DNA of 64,000 nt from Lingula anatina (lineage: Eukaryota > Animalia > Brachiopoda), in the NCBI GenBank assembly GCA_051362555.1, contig CM120641.1, positions 22,884,401 through 22,948,400 on the forward strand, read 5' to 3'. The translations under genes and the position numbers were made by a program. The first letter of the stretch is position 1; each line of letters begins with the position of its first letter. The notes below the pieces were generated by a model. That model was given only the letters and a program-made list of their open reading frames with translations. It searched no databases and was not told where the DNA came from. Shown here in pieces: positions 1-12,300 of this stretch.

Positions 1-90
1 AAAAAATGTGGAAACGCGCCCGGGTCACTTCATTAAAGCCCCCAATTTCAGCTTTAAAGATTGCCAGAAAGCACACCTGAGAACAGGATT

Positions 91-114
91 TGGAGAGAGG
101 GGGGGTGGAGAGAG
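91..114 (+). other. Polypurine tract TGGAGAGAGGGGGGGTGGAGAGAG, present once per monomer (first copy given)
   Basis: Direct repeat TGGAGAGAG at 91-99 and 106-114 around a G7 run (99-105). Mirror arms GAGAGAGG (93-100) and GGAGAGAG (107-114). Confidence 0.85.
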
Positions 115-276
115 TTTTTGCTCTATTTCTTCCTAAATAATGACACAATCCCTCTTCCAGCACTTTACCCTCACTACAAATGACCAAACACACCTACCTG
201 ACACAATATTGAAGAAAAAAATTTTTCATCCCTACCTGGCCAAAATTGAAGAAAACTGCCATATCCGGACCTTACG

Positions 277-307
277 AAAATCTCTCAAAATCACCCAAAA
301 ATGACCC
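277..307 (+). repeat. Degenerate 10-11-bp internal sub-repeat with helically phased A-tracts, once per monomer
   Basis: AAAATCTCTC (277-286), AAAATCACCC (287-296), AAAAATGACCC (297-307). Confidence 0.75.
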
Positions 308-3300
308 GTCACCAATTTTTCCAAAAAGTGATGAAAATTAATTTACCACACCTGACATTCATAAAAAATGTGGAAACGCGCCCGGGTCACTTCATTAAAG
401 CCCCCAATTTCAGCTTTAAAGATTGCCAGAAAGCACACCTGAGAACAGGATTTGGAGAGAGGGGGGGTGGAGAGAGTTTTTGCTCTATTTCTTCCTAAAT
501 AATGACACAATCCCTCTTCCAGCACTTTACCCTCACTACAAATGACCAAACACACCTACCTGACACAATATTGAAGAAAAAAATTTTTCATCCCTACCTG
601 GCCAAAATTGAAGAAAACTGCCATATCCGGACCTTACGAAAATCTCTCAAAATCACCCAAAAATGACCCGTCACCAATTTTTCCAAAAAGTGATGAAAAT
701 TAATTTACCACACCTGACATTCATAAAAAATGTGGAAACGCGCCCGGGTCACTTCATTAAAGCCCCCAATTTCAGCTTTAAAGATTGCCAGAAAGCACAC
801 CTGAGAACAGGATTTGGAGAGAGGGGGGGTGGAGAGAGTTTTTGCTCTATTTCTTCCTAAATAATGACACAATCCCTCTTCCAGCACTTTACCCTCACTA
901 CAAATGACCAAACACACCTACCTGACACAATATTGAAGAAAAAAATTTTTCATCCCTACCTGGCCAAAATTGAAGAAAACTGCCATATCCGGACCTTACG
1001 AAAATCTCTCAAAATCACCCAAAAATGACCCGTCACCAATTTTTCCAAAAAGTGATGAAAATTAATTTACCACACCTGACATTCATAAAAAATGTGGAAA
1101 CGCGCCCGGGTCACTTCATTAAAGCCCCCAATTTCAGCTTTAAAGATTGCCAGAAAGCACACCTGAGAACAGGATTTGGAGAGAGGGGGGGTGGAGAGAG
1201 TTTTTGCTCTATTTCTTCCTAAATAATGACACAATCCCTCTTCCAGCACTTTACCCTCACTACAAATGACCAAACACACCTACCTGACACAATATTGAAG
1301 AAAAAAATTTTTCATCCCTACCTGGCCAAAATTGAAGAAAACTGCCATATCCGGACCTTACGAAAATCTCTCAAAATCACCCAAAAATGACCCGTCACCA
1401 ATTTTTCCAAAAAGTGATGAAAATTAATTTACCACACCTGACATTCATAAAAAATGTGGAAACGCGCCCGGGTCACTTCATTAAAGCCCCCAATTTCAGC
1501 TTTAAAGATTGCCAGAAAGCACACCTGAGAACAGGATTTGGAGAGAGGGGGGGTGGAGAGAGTTTTTGCTCTATTTCTTCCTAAATAATGACACAATCCC
1601 TCTTCCAGCACTTTACCCTCACTACAAATGACCAAACACACCTACCTGACACAATATTGAAGAAAAAAATTTTTCATCCCTACCTGGCCAAAATTGAAGA
1701 AAACTGCCATATCCGGACCTTACGAAAATCTCTCAAAATCACCCAAAAATGACCCGTCACCAATTTTTCCAAAAAGTGATGAAAATTAATTTACCACACC
1801 TGACATTCATAAAAAATGTGGAAACGCGCCCGGGTCACTTCATTAAAGCCCCCAATTTCAGCTTTAAAGATTGCCAGAAAGCACACCTGAGAACAGGATT
1901 TGGAGAGAGGGGGGGTGGAGAGAGTTTTTGCTCTATTTCTTCCTAAATAATGACACAATCCCTCTTCCAGCACTTTACCCTCACTACAAATGACCAAACA
2001 CACCTACCTGACACAATATTGAAGAAAAAAATTTTTCATCCCTACCTGGCCAAAATTGAAGAAAACTGCCATATCCGGACCTTACGAAAATCTCTCAAAA
2101 TCACCCAAAAATGACCCGTCACCAATTTTTCCAAAAAGTGATGAAAATTAATTTACCACACCTGACATTCATAAAAAATGTGGAAACGCGCCCGGGTCAC
2201 TTCATTAAAGCCCCCAATTTCAGCTTTAAAGATTGCCAGAAAGCACACCTGAGAACAGGATTTGGAGAGAGGGGGGGTGGAGAGAGTTTTTGCTCTATTT
2301 CTTCCTAAATAATGACACAATCCCTCTTCCAGCACTTTACCCTCACTACAAATGACCAAACACACCTACCTGACACAATATTGAAGAAAAAAATTTTTCA
2401 TCCCTACCTGGCCAAAATTGAAGAAAACTGCCATATCCGGACCTTACGAAAATCTCTCAAAATCACCCAAAAATGACCCGTCACCAATTTTTCCAAAAAG
2501 TGATGAAAATTAATTTACCACACCTGACATTCATAAAAAATGTGGAAACGCGCCCGGGTCACTTCATTAAAGCCCCCAATTTCAGCTTTAAAGATTGCCA
2601 GAAAGCACACCTGAGAACAGGATTTGGAGAGAGGGGGGGTGGAGAGAGTTTTTGCTCTATTTCTTCCTAAATAATGACACAATCCCTCTTCCAGCACTTT
2701 ACCCTCACTACAAATGACCAAACACACCTACCTGACACAATATTGAAGAAAAAAATTTTTCATCCCTACCTGGCCAAAATTGAAGAAAACTGCCATATCC
2801 GGACCTTACGAAAATCTCTCAAAATCACCCAAAAATGACCCGTCACCAATTTTTCCAAAAAGTGATGAAAATTAATTTACCACACCTGACATTCATAAAA
2901 AATGTGGAAACGCGCCCGGGTCACTTCATTAAAGCCCCCAATTTCAGCTTTAAAGATTGCCAGAAAGCACACCTGAGAACAGGATTTGGAGAGAGGGGGG
3001 GTGGAGAGAGTTTTTGCTCTATTTCTTCCTAAATAATGACACAATCCCTCTTCCAGCACTTTACCCTCACTACAAATGACCAAACACACCTACCTGACAC
3101 AATATTGAAGAAAAAAATTTTTCATCCCTACCTGGCCAAAATTGAAGAAAACTGCCATATCCGGACCTTACGAAAATCTCTCAAAATCACCCAAAAATGA
3201 CCCGTCACCAATTTTTCCAAAAAGTGATGAAAATTAATTTACCACACCTGACATTCATAAAAAATGTGGAAACGCGCCCGGGTCACTTCATTAAAGCCCC

Positions 3301-6300
3301 CAATTTCAGCTTTAAAGATTGCCAGAAAGCACACCTGAGAACAGGATTTGGAGAGAGGGGGGGTGGAGAGAGTTTTTGCTCTATTTCTTCCTAAATAATG
3401 ACACAATCCCTCTTCCAGCACTTTACCCTCACTACAAATGACCAAACACACCTACCTGACACAATATTGAAGAAAAAAATTTTTCATCCCTACCTGGCCA
3501 AAATTGAAGAAAACTGCCATATCCGGACCTTACGAAAATCTCTCAAAATCACCCAAAAATGACCCGTCACCAATTTTTCCAAAAAGTGATGAAAATTAAT
3601 TTACCACACCTGACATTCATAAAAAATGTGGAAACGCGCCCGGGTCACTTCATTAAAGCCCCCAATTTCAGCTTTAAAGATTGCCAGAAAGCACACCTGA
3701 GAACAGGATTTGGAGAGAGGGGGGGTGGAGAGAGTTTTTGCTCTATTTCTTCCTAAATAATGACACAATCCCTCTTCCAGCACTTTACCCTCACTACAAA
3801 TGACCAAACACACCTACCTGACACAATATTGAAGAAAAAAATTTTTCATCCCTACCTGGCCAAAATTGAAGAAAACTGCCATATCCGGACCTTACGAAAA
3901 TCTCTCAAAATCACCCAAAAATGACCCGTCACCAATTTTTCCAAAAAGTGATGAAAATTAATTTACCACACCTGACATTCATAAAAAATGTGGAAACGCG
4001 CCCGGGTCACTTCATTAAAGCCCCCAATTTCAGCTTTAAAGATTGCCAGAAAGCACACCTGAGAACAGGATTTGGAGAGAGGGGGGGTGGAGAGAGTTTT
4101 TGCTCTATTTCTTCCTAAATAATGACACAATCCCTCTTCCAGCACTTTACCCTCACTACAAATGACCAAACACACCTACCTGACACAATATTGAAGAAAA
4201 AAATTTTTCATCCCTACCTGGCCAAAATTGAAGAAAACTGCCATATCCGGACCTTACGAAAATCTCTCAAAATCACCCAAAAATGACCCGTCACCAATTT
4301 TTCCAAAAAGTGATGAAAATTAATTTACCACACCTGACATTCATAAAAAATGTGGAAACGCGCCCGGGTCACTTCATTAAAGCCCCCAATTTCAGCTTTA
4401 AAGATTGCCAGAAAGCACACCTGAGAACAGGATTTGGAGAGAGGGGGGGTGGAGAGAGTTTTTGCTCTATTTCTTCCTAAATAATGACACAATCCCTCTT
4501 CCAGCACTTTACCCTCACTACAAATGACCAAACACACCTACCTGACACAATATTGAAGAAAAAAATTTTTCATCCCTACCTGGCCAAAATTGAAGAAAAC
4601 TGCCATATCCGGACCTTACGAAAATCTCTCAAAATCACCCAAAAATGACCCGTCACCAATTTTTCCAAAAAGTGATGAAAATTAATTTACCACACCTGAC
4701 ATTCATAAAAAATGTGGAAACGCGCCCGGGTCACTTCATTAAAGCCCCCAATTTCAGCTTTAAAGATTGCCAGAAAGCACACCTGAGAACAGGATTTGGA
4801 GAGAGGGGGGGTGGAGAGAGTTTTTGCTCTATTTCTTCCTAAATAATGACACAATCCCTCTTCCAGCACTTTACCCTCACTACAAATGACCAAACACACC
4901 TACCTGACACAATATTGAAGAAAAAAATTTTTCATCCCTACCTGGCCAAAATTGAAGAAAACTGCCATATCCGGACCTTACGAAAATCTCTCAAAATCAC
5001 CCAAAAATGACCCGTCACCAATTTTTCCAAAAAGTGATGAAAATTAATTTACCACACCTGACATTCATAAAAAATGTGGAAACGCGCCCGGGTCACTTCA
5101 TTAAAGCCCCCAATTTCAGCTTTAAAGATTGCCAGAAAGCACACCTGAGAACAGGATTTGGAGAGAGGGGGGGTGGAGAGAGTTTTTGCTCTATTTCTTC
5201 CTAAATAATGACACAATCCCTCTTCCAGCACTTTACCCTCACTACAAATGACCAAACACACCTACCTGACACAATATTGAAGAAAAAAATTTTTCATCCC
5301 TACCTGGCCAAAATTGAAGAAAACTGCCATATCCGGACCTTACGAAAATCTCTCAAAATCACCCAAAAATGACCCGTCACCAATTTTTCCAAAAAGTGAT
5401 GAAAATTAATTTACCACACCTGACATTCATAAAAAATGTGGAAACGCGCCCGGGTCACTTCATTAAAGCCCCCAATTTCAGCTTTAAAGATTGCCAGAAA
5501 GCACACCTGAGAACAGGATTTGGAGAGAGGGGGGGTGGAGAGAGTTTTTGCTCTATTTCTTCCTAAATAATGACACAATCCCTCTTCCAGCACTTTACCC
5601 TCACTACAAATGACCAAACACACCTACCTGACACAATATTGAAGAAAAAAATTTTTCATCCCTACCTGGCCAAAATTGAAGAAAACTGCCATATCCGGAC
5701 CTTACGAAAATCTCTCAAAATCACCCAAAAATGACCCGTCACCAATTTTTCCAAAAAGTGATGAAAATTAATTTACCACACCTGACATTCATAAAAAATG
5801 TGGAAACGCGCCCGGGTCACTTCATTAAAGCCCCCAATTTCAGCTTTAAAGATTGCCAGAAAGCACACCTGAGAACAGGATTTGGAGAGAGGGGGGGTGG
5901 AGAGAGTTTTTGCTCTATTTCTTCCTAAATAATGACACAATCCCTCTTCCAGCACTTTACCCTCACTACAAATGACCAAACACACCTACCTGACACAATA
6001 TTGAAGAAAAAAATTTTTCATCCCTACCTGGCCAAAATTGAAGAAAACTGCCATATCCGGACCTTACGAAAATCTCTCAAAATCACCCAAAAATGACCCG
6101 TCACCAATTTTTCCAAAAAGTGATGAAAATTAATTTACCACACCTGACATTCATAAAAAATGTGGAAACGCGCCCGGGTCACTTCATTAAAGCCCCCAAT
6201 TTCAGCTTTAAAGATTGCCAGAAAGCACACCTGAGAACAGGATTTGGAGAGAGGGGGGGTGGAGAGAGTTTTTGCTCTATTTCTTCCTAAATAATGACAC

Positions 6301-9300
6301 AATCCCTCTTCCAGCACTTTACCCTCACTACAAATGACCAAACACACCTACCTGACACAATATTGAAGAAAAAAATTTTTCATCCCTACCTGGCCAAAAT
6401 TGAAGAAAACTGCCATATCCGGACCTTACGAAAATCTCTCAAAATCACCCAAAAATGACCCGTCACCAATTTTTCCAAAAAGTGATGAAAATTAATTTAC
6501 CACACCTGACATTCATAAAAAATGTGGAAACGCGCCCGGGTCACTTCATTAAAGCCCCCAATTTCAGCTTTAAAGATTGCCAGAAAGCACACCTGAGAAC
6601 AGGATTTGGAGAGAGGGGGGGTGGAGAGAGTTTTTGCTCTATTTCTTCCTAAATAATGACACAATCCCTCTTCCAGCACTTTACCCTCACTACAAATGAC
6701 CAAACACACCTACCTGACACAATATTGAAGAAAAAAATTTTTCATCCCTACCTGGCCAAAATTGAAGAAAACTGCCATATCCGGACCTTACGAAAATCTC
6801 TCAAAATCACCCAAAAATGACCCGTCACCAATTTTTCCAAAAAGTGATGAAAATTAATTTACCACACCTGACATTCATAAAAAATGTGGAAACGCGCCCG
6901 GGTCACTTCATTAAAGCCCCCAATTTCAGCTTTAAAGATTGCCAGAAAGCACACCTGAGAACAGGATTTGGAGAGAGGGGGGGTGGAGAGAGTTTTTGCT
7001 CTATTTCTTCCTAAATAATGACACAATCCCTCTTCCAGCACTTTACCCTCACTACAAATGACCAAACACACCTACCTGACACAATATTGAAGAAAAAAAT
7101 TTTTCATCCCTACCTGGCCAAAATTGAAGAAAACTGCCATATCCGGACCTTACGAAAATCTCTCAAAATCACCCAAAAATGACCCGTCACCAATTTTTCC
7201 AAAAAGTGATGAAAATTAATTTACCACACCTGACATTCATAAAAAATGTGGAAACGCGCCCGGGTCACTTCATTAAAGCCCCCAATTTCAGCTTTAAAGA
7301 TTGCCAGAAAGCACACCTGAGAACAGGATTTGGAGAGAGGGGGGGTGGAGAGAGTTTTTGCTCTATTTCTTCCTAAATAATGACACAATCCCTCTTCCAG
7401 CACTTTACCCTCACTACAAATGACCAAACACACCTACCTGACACAATATTGAAGAAAAAAATTTTTCATCCCTACCTGGCCAAAATTGAAGAAAACTGCC
7501 ATATCCGGACCTTACGAAAATCTCTCAAAATCACCCAAAAATGACCCGTCACCAATTTTTCCAAAAAGTGATGAAAATTAATTTACCACACCTGACATTC
7601 ATAAAAAATGTGGAAACGCGCCCGGGTCACTTCATTAAAGCCCCCAATTTCAGCTTTAAAGATTGCCAGAAAGCACACCTGAGAACAGGATTTGGAGAGA
7701 GGGGGGGTGGAGAGAGTTTTTGCTCTATTTCTTCCTAAATAATGACACAATCCCTCTTCCAGCACTTTACCCTCACTACAAATGACCAAACACACCTACC
7801 TGACACAATATTGAAGAAAAAAATTTTTCATCCCTACCTGGCCAAAATTGAAGAAAACTGCCATATCCGGACCTTACGAAAATCTCTCAAAATCACCCAA
7901 AAATGACCCGTCACCAATTTTTCCAAAAAGTGATGAAAATTAATTTACCACACCTGACATTCATAAAAAATGTGGAAACGCGCCCGGGTCACTTCATTAA
8001 AGCCCCCAATTTCAGCTTTAAAGATTGCCAGAAAGCACACCTGAGAACAGGATTTGGAGAGAGGGGGGGTGGAGAGAGTTTTTGCTCTATTTCTTCCTAA
8101 ATAATGACACAATCCCTCTTCCAGCACTTTACCCTCACTACAAATGACCAAACACACCTACCTGACACAATATTGAAGAAAAAAATTTTTCATCCCTACC
8201 TGGCCAAAATTGAAGAAAACTGCCATATCCGGACCTTACGAAAATCTCTCAAAATCACCCAAAAATGACCCGTCACCAATTTTTCCAAAAAGTGATGAAA
8301 ATTAATTTACCACACCTGACATTCATAAAAAATGTGGAAACGCGCCCGGGTCACTTCATTAAAGCCCCCAATTTCAGCTTTAAAGATTGCCAGAAAGCAC
8401 ACCTGAGAACAGGATTTGGAGAGAGGGGGGGTGGAGAGAGTTTTTGCTCTATTTCTTCCTAAATAATGACACAATCCCTCTTCCAGCACTTTACCCTCAC
8501 TACAAATGACCAAACACACCTACCTGACACAATATTGAAGAAAAAAATTTTTCATCCCTACCTGGCCAAAATTGAAGAAAACTGCCATATCCGGACCTTA
8601 CGAAAATCTCTCAAAATCACCCAAAGATGACCCGTCACCAATTTTTCCAAAAAGTGATGAAAATTAATTTACCACACCTGACATTCATAAAAAATGTGGA
8701 AACGCGCCCGGGTCACTTCATTAAAGCCCCCAATTTCAGCTTTAAAGATTGCCAGAAAGCACACCTGAGAACAGGATTTGGAGAGAGGGGGGGTGGAGAG
8801 AGTTTTTGCTCTATTTCTTCCTAAATAATGACACAATCCCTCTTCCAGCACTTTACCCTCACTACAAATGACCAAACACACCTACCTGACACAATATTGA
8901 AGAAAAAAATTTTTCATCCCTACCTGGCCAAAATTGAAGAAAACTGCCATATCCGGACCTTACGAAAATCTCTCAAAATCACCCAAAAATGACCCGTCAC
9001 CAATTTTTCCAAAAAGTGATGAAAATTAATTTACCACACCTGACATTCATAAAAAATGTGGAAACGCGCCCGGGTCACTTCATTAAAGCCCCCAATTTCA
9101 GCTTTAAAGATTGCCAGAAAGCACACCTGAGAACAGGATTTGGAGAGAGGGGGGGTGGAGAGAGTTTTTGCTCTATTTCTTCCTAAATAATGACACAATC
9201 CCTCTTCCAGCACTTTACCCTCACTACAAATGACCAAACACACCTACCTGACACAATATTGAAGAAAAAAATTTTTCATCCCTACCTGGCCAAAATTGAA

Positions 9301-12300
9301 GAAAACTGCCATATCCGGACCTTACGAAAATCTCTCAAAATCACCCAAAAATGACCCGTCACCAATTTTTCCAAAAAGTGATGAAAATTAATTTACCACA
9401 CCTGACATTCATAAAAAATGTGGAAACGCGCCCGGGTCACTTCATTAAAGCCCCCAATTTCAGCTTTAAAGATTGCCAGAAAGCACACCTGAGAACAGGA
9501 TTTGGAGAGAGGGGGGGTGGAGAGAGTTTTTGCTCTATTTCTTCCTAAATAATGACACAATCCCTCTTCCAGCACTTTACCCTCACTACAAATGACCAAA
9601 CACACCTACCTGACACAATATTGAAGAAAAAAATTTTTCATCCCTACCTGGCCAAAATTGAAGAAAACTGCCATATCCGGACCTTACGAAAATCTCTCAA
9701 AATCACCCAAAAATGACCCGTCACCAATTTTTCCAAAAAGTGATGAAAATTAATTTACCACACCTGACATTCATAAAAAATGTGGAAACGCGCCCGGGTC
9801 ACTTCATTAAAGCCCCCAATTTCAGCTTTAAAGATTGCCAGAAAGCACACCTGAGAACAGGATTTGGAGAGAGGGGGGGTGGAGAGAGTTTTTGCTCTAT
9901 TTCTTCCTAAATAATGACACAATCCCTCTTCCAGCACTTTACCCTCACTACAAATGACCAAACACACCTACCTGACACAATATTGAAGAAAAAAATTTTT
10001 CATCCCTACCTGGCCAAAATTGAAGAAAACTGCCATATCCGGACCTTACGAAAATCTCTCAAAATCACCCAAAAATGACCCGTCACCAATTTTTCCAAAA
10101 AGTGATGAAAATTAATTTACCACACCTGACATTCATAAAAAATGTGGAAACGCGCCCGGGTCACTTCATTAAAGCCCCCAATTTCAGCTTTAAAGATTGC
10201 CAGAAAGCACACCTGAGAACAGGATTTGGAGAGAGGGGGGGTGGAGAGAGTTTTTGCTCTATTTCTTCCTAAATAATGACACAATCCCTCTTCCAGCACT
10301 TTACCCTCACTACAAATGACCAAACACACCTACCTGACACAATATTGAAGAAAAAAAATTTTCATCCCTACCTGGCCAAAATTGAAGAAAACTGCCATAT
10401 CCGGACCTTACGAAAATCTCTCAAAATCACCCAAAAATGACCCGTCACCAATTTTTCCAAAAAGTGATGAAAATTAATTTACCACACCTGACATTCATAA
10501 AAAATGTGGAAACGCGCCCGGGTCACTTCATTAAAGCCCCCAATTTCAGCTTTAAAGATTGCCAGAAAGCACACCTGAGAACAGGATTTGGAGAGAGGGG
10601 GGGTGGAGAGAGTTTTTGCTCTATTTCTTCCTAAATAATGACACAATCCCTCTTCCAGCACTTTACCCTCACTACAAATGACCAAACACACCTACCTGAC
10701 ACAATATTGAAGAAAAAAATTTTTCATCCCTACCTGGCCAAAATTGAAGAAAACTGCCATATCCGGACCTTACGAAAATCTCTCAAAATCACCCAAAAAT
10801 GACCCGTCACCAATTTTTCCAAAAAGTGATGAAAATTAATTTACCACACCTGACATTCATAAAAAATGTGGAAACGCGCCCGGGTCACTTCATTAAAGCC
10901 CCCAATTTCAGCTTTAAAGATTGCCAGAAAGCACACCTGAGAACAGGATTTGGAGAGAGGGGGGGTGGAGAGAGTTTTTGCTCTATTTCTTCCTAAATAA
11001 TGACACAATCCCTCTTCCAGCACTTTACCCTCACTACAAATGACCAAACACACCTACCTGACACAATATTGAAGAAAAAAATTTTTCATCCCTACCTGGC
11101 CAAAATTGAAGAAAACTGCCATATCCGGACCTTACGAAAATCTCTCAAAATCACCCAAAAATGACCCGTCACCAATTTTTCCAAAAAGTGATGAAAATTA
11201 ATTTACCACACCTGACATTCATAAAAAATGTGGAAACGCGCCCGGGTCACTTCATTAAAGCCCCCAATTTCAGCTTTAAAGATTGCCAGAAAGCACACCT
11301 GAGAACAGGATTTGGAGAGAGGGGGGGTGGAGAGAGTTTTTGCTCTATTTCTTCCTAAATAATGACACAATCCCTCTTCCAGCACTTTACCCTCACTACA
11401 AATGACCAAACACACCTACCTGACACAATATTGAAGAAAAAAATTTTTCATCCCTACCTGGCCAAAATTGAAGAAAACTGCCATATCCGGACCTTACGAA
11501 AATCTCTCAAAATCACCCAAAAATGACCCGTCACCAATTTTTCCAAAAAGTGATGAAAATTAATTTACCACACCTGACATTCATAAAAAATGTGGAAACG
11601 CGCCCGGGTCACTTCATTAAAGCCCCCAATTTCAGCTTTAAAGATTGCCAGAAAGCACACCTGAGAACAGGATTTGGAGAGAGGGGGGGTGGAGAGAGTT
11701 TTTGCTCTATTTCTTCCTAAATAATGACACAATCCCTCTTCCAGCACTTTACCCTCACTACAAATGACCAAACACACCTACCTGACACAATATTGAAGAA
11801 AAAAATTTTTCATCCCTACCTGGCCAAAATTGAAGAAAACTGCCATATCCGATCCTTACGAAAATCTCTCAAAATCACCCAAAAATGACCCGTCACCAAT
11901 TTTTCCAAAAAGTGATGAAAATTAATTTACCACACCTGACATTCATAAAAAATGTGGAAACGCGCCCGGGTCACTTCATTAAAGCCCCCAATTTCAGCTT
12001 TAAAGATTGCCAGAAAGCACACCTGAGAACAGGATTTGGAGAGAGGGGGGGTGGAGAGAGTTTTTGCTCTATTTCTTCCTAAATAATGACACAATCCCTC
12101 TTCCAGCACTTTACCCTCACTACAAATGACCAAACACACCTACCTGACACAATATTGAAGAAAAAAATTTTTCATCCCTACCTGGCCAAAATTGAAGAAA
12201 ACTGCCATATCCGGACCTTACGAAAATCTCTCAAAATCACCCAAAAATGACCCGTCACCAATTTTTCCAAAAAGTGATGAAAATTAATTTACCACACCTG

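Noticed and set aside
9-33. CENP-B box
   Set aside because: CGGG/CCCG cores are present but the TTCG/CGAA half is missing at the required spacing.
131-172. Telomere-like CCTAAA / TTTACCCT words
   Set aside because: Isolated, imperfect and not tandem.
194-238. Two CAGGTAG (Zelda/TAGteam) motifs on the minus strand plus GAGAG sites as a pioneer-factor array
   Set aside because: The match is real but post hoc, the taxon is unknown, and the apparent CG/CHG mutation bias argues against a Drosophila-like host.
1-362. 5S rDNA, tRNA, snRNA or spliced-leader gene repeat
   Set aside because: I see no recognisable 5S, tRNA cloverleaf or snRNA sequence. An Infernal/Rfam scan would be the decisive test.
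1-362. Monomer as a dimer of ~181-bp subunits
   Set aside because: No visible similarity between the halves at a 181-bp offset, and internal motifs are irregularly spaced. A sensitive alignment could still reveal an ancient dimer.
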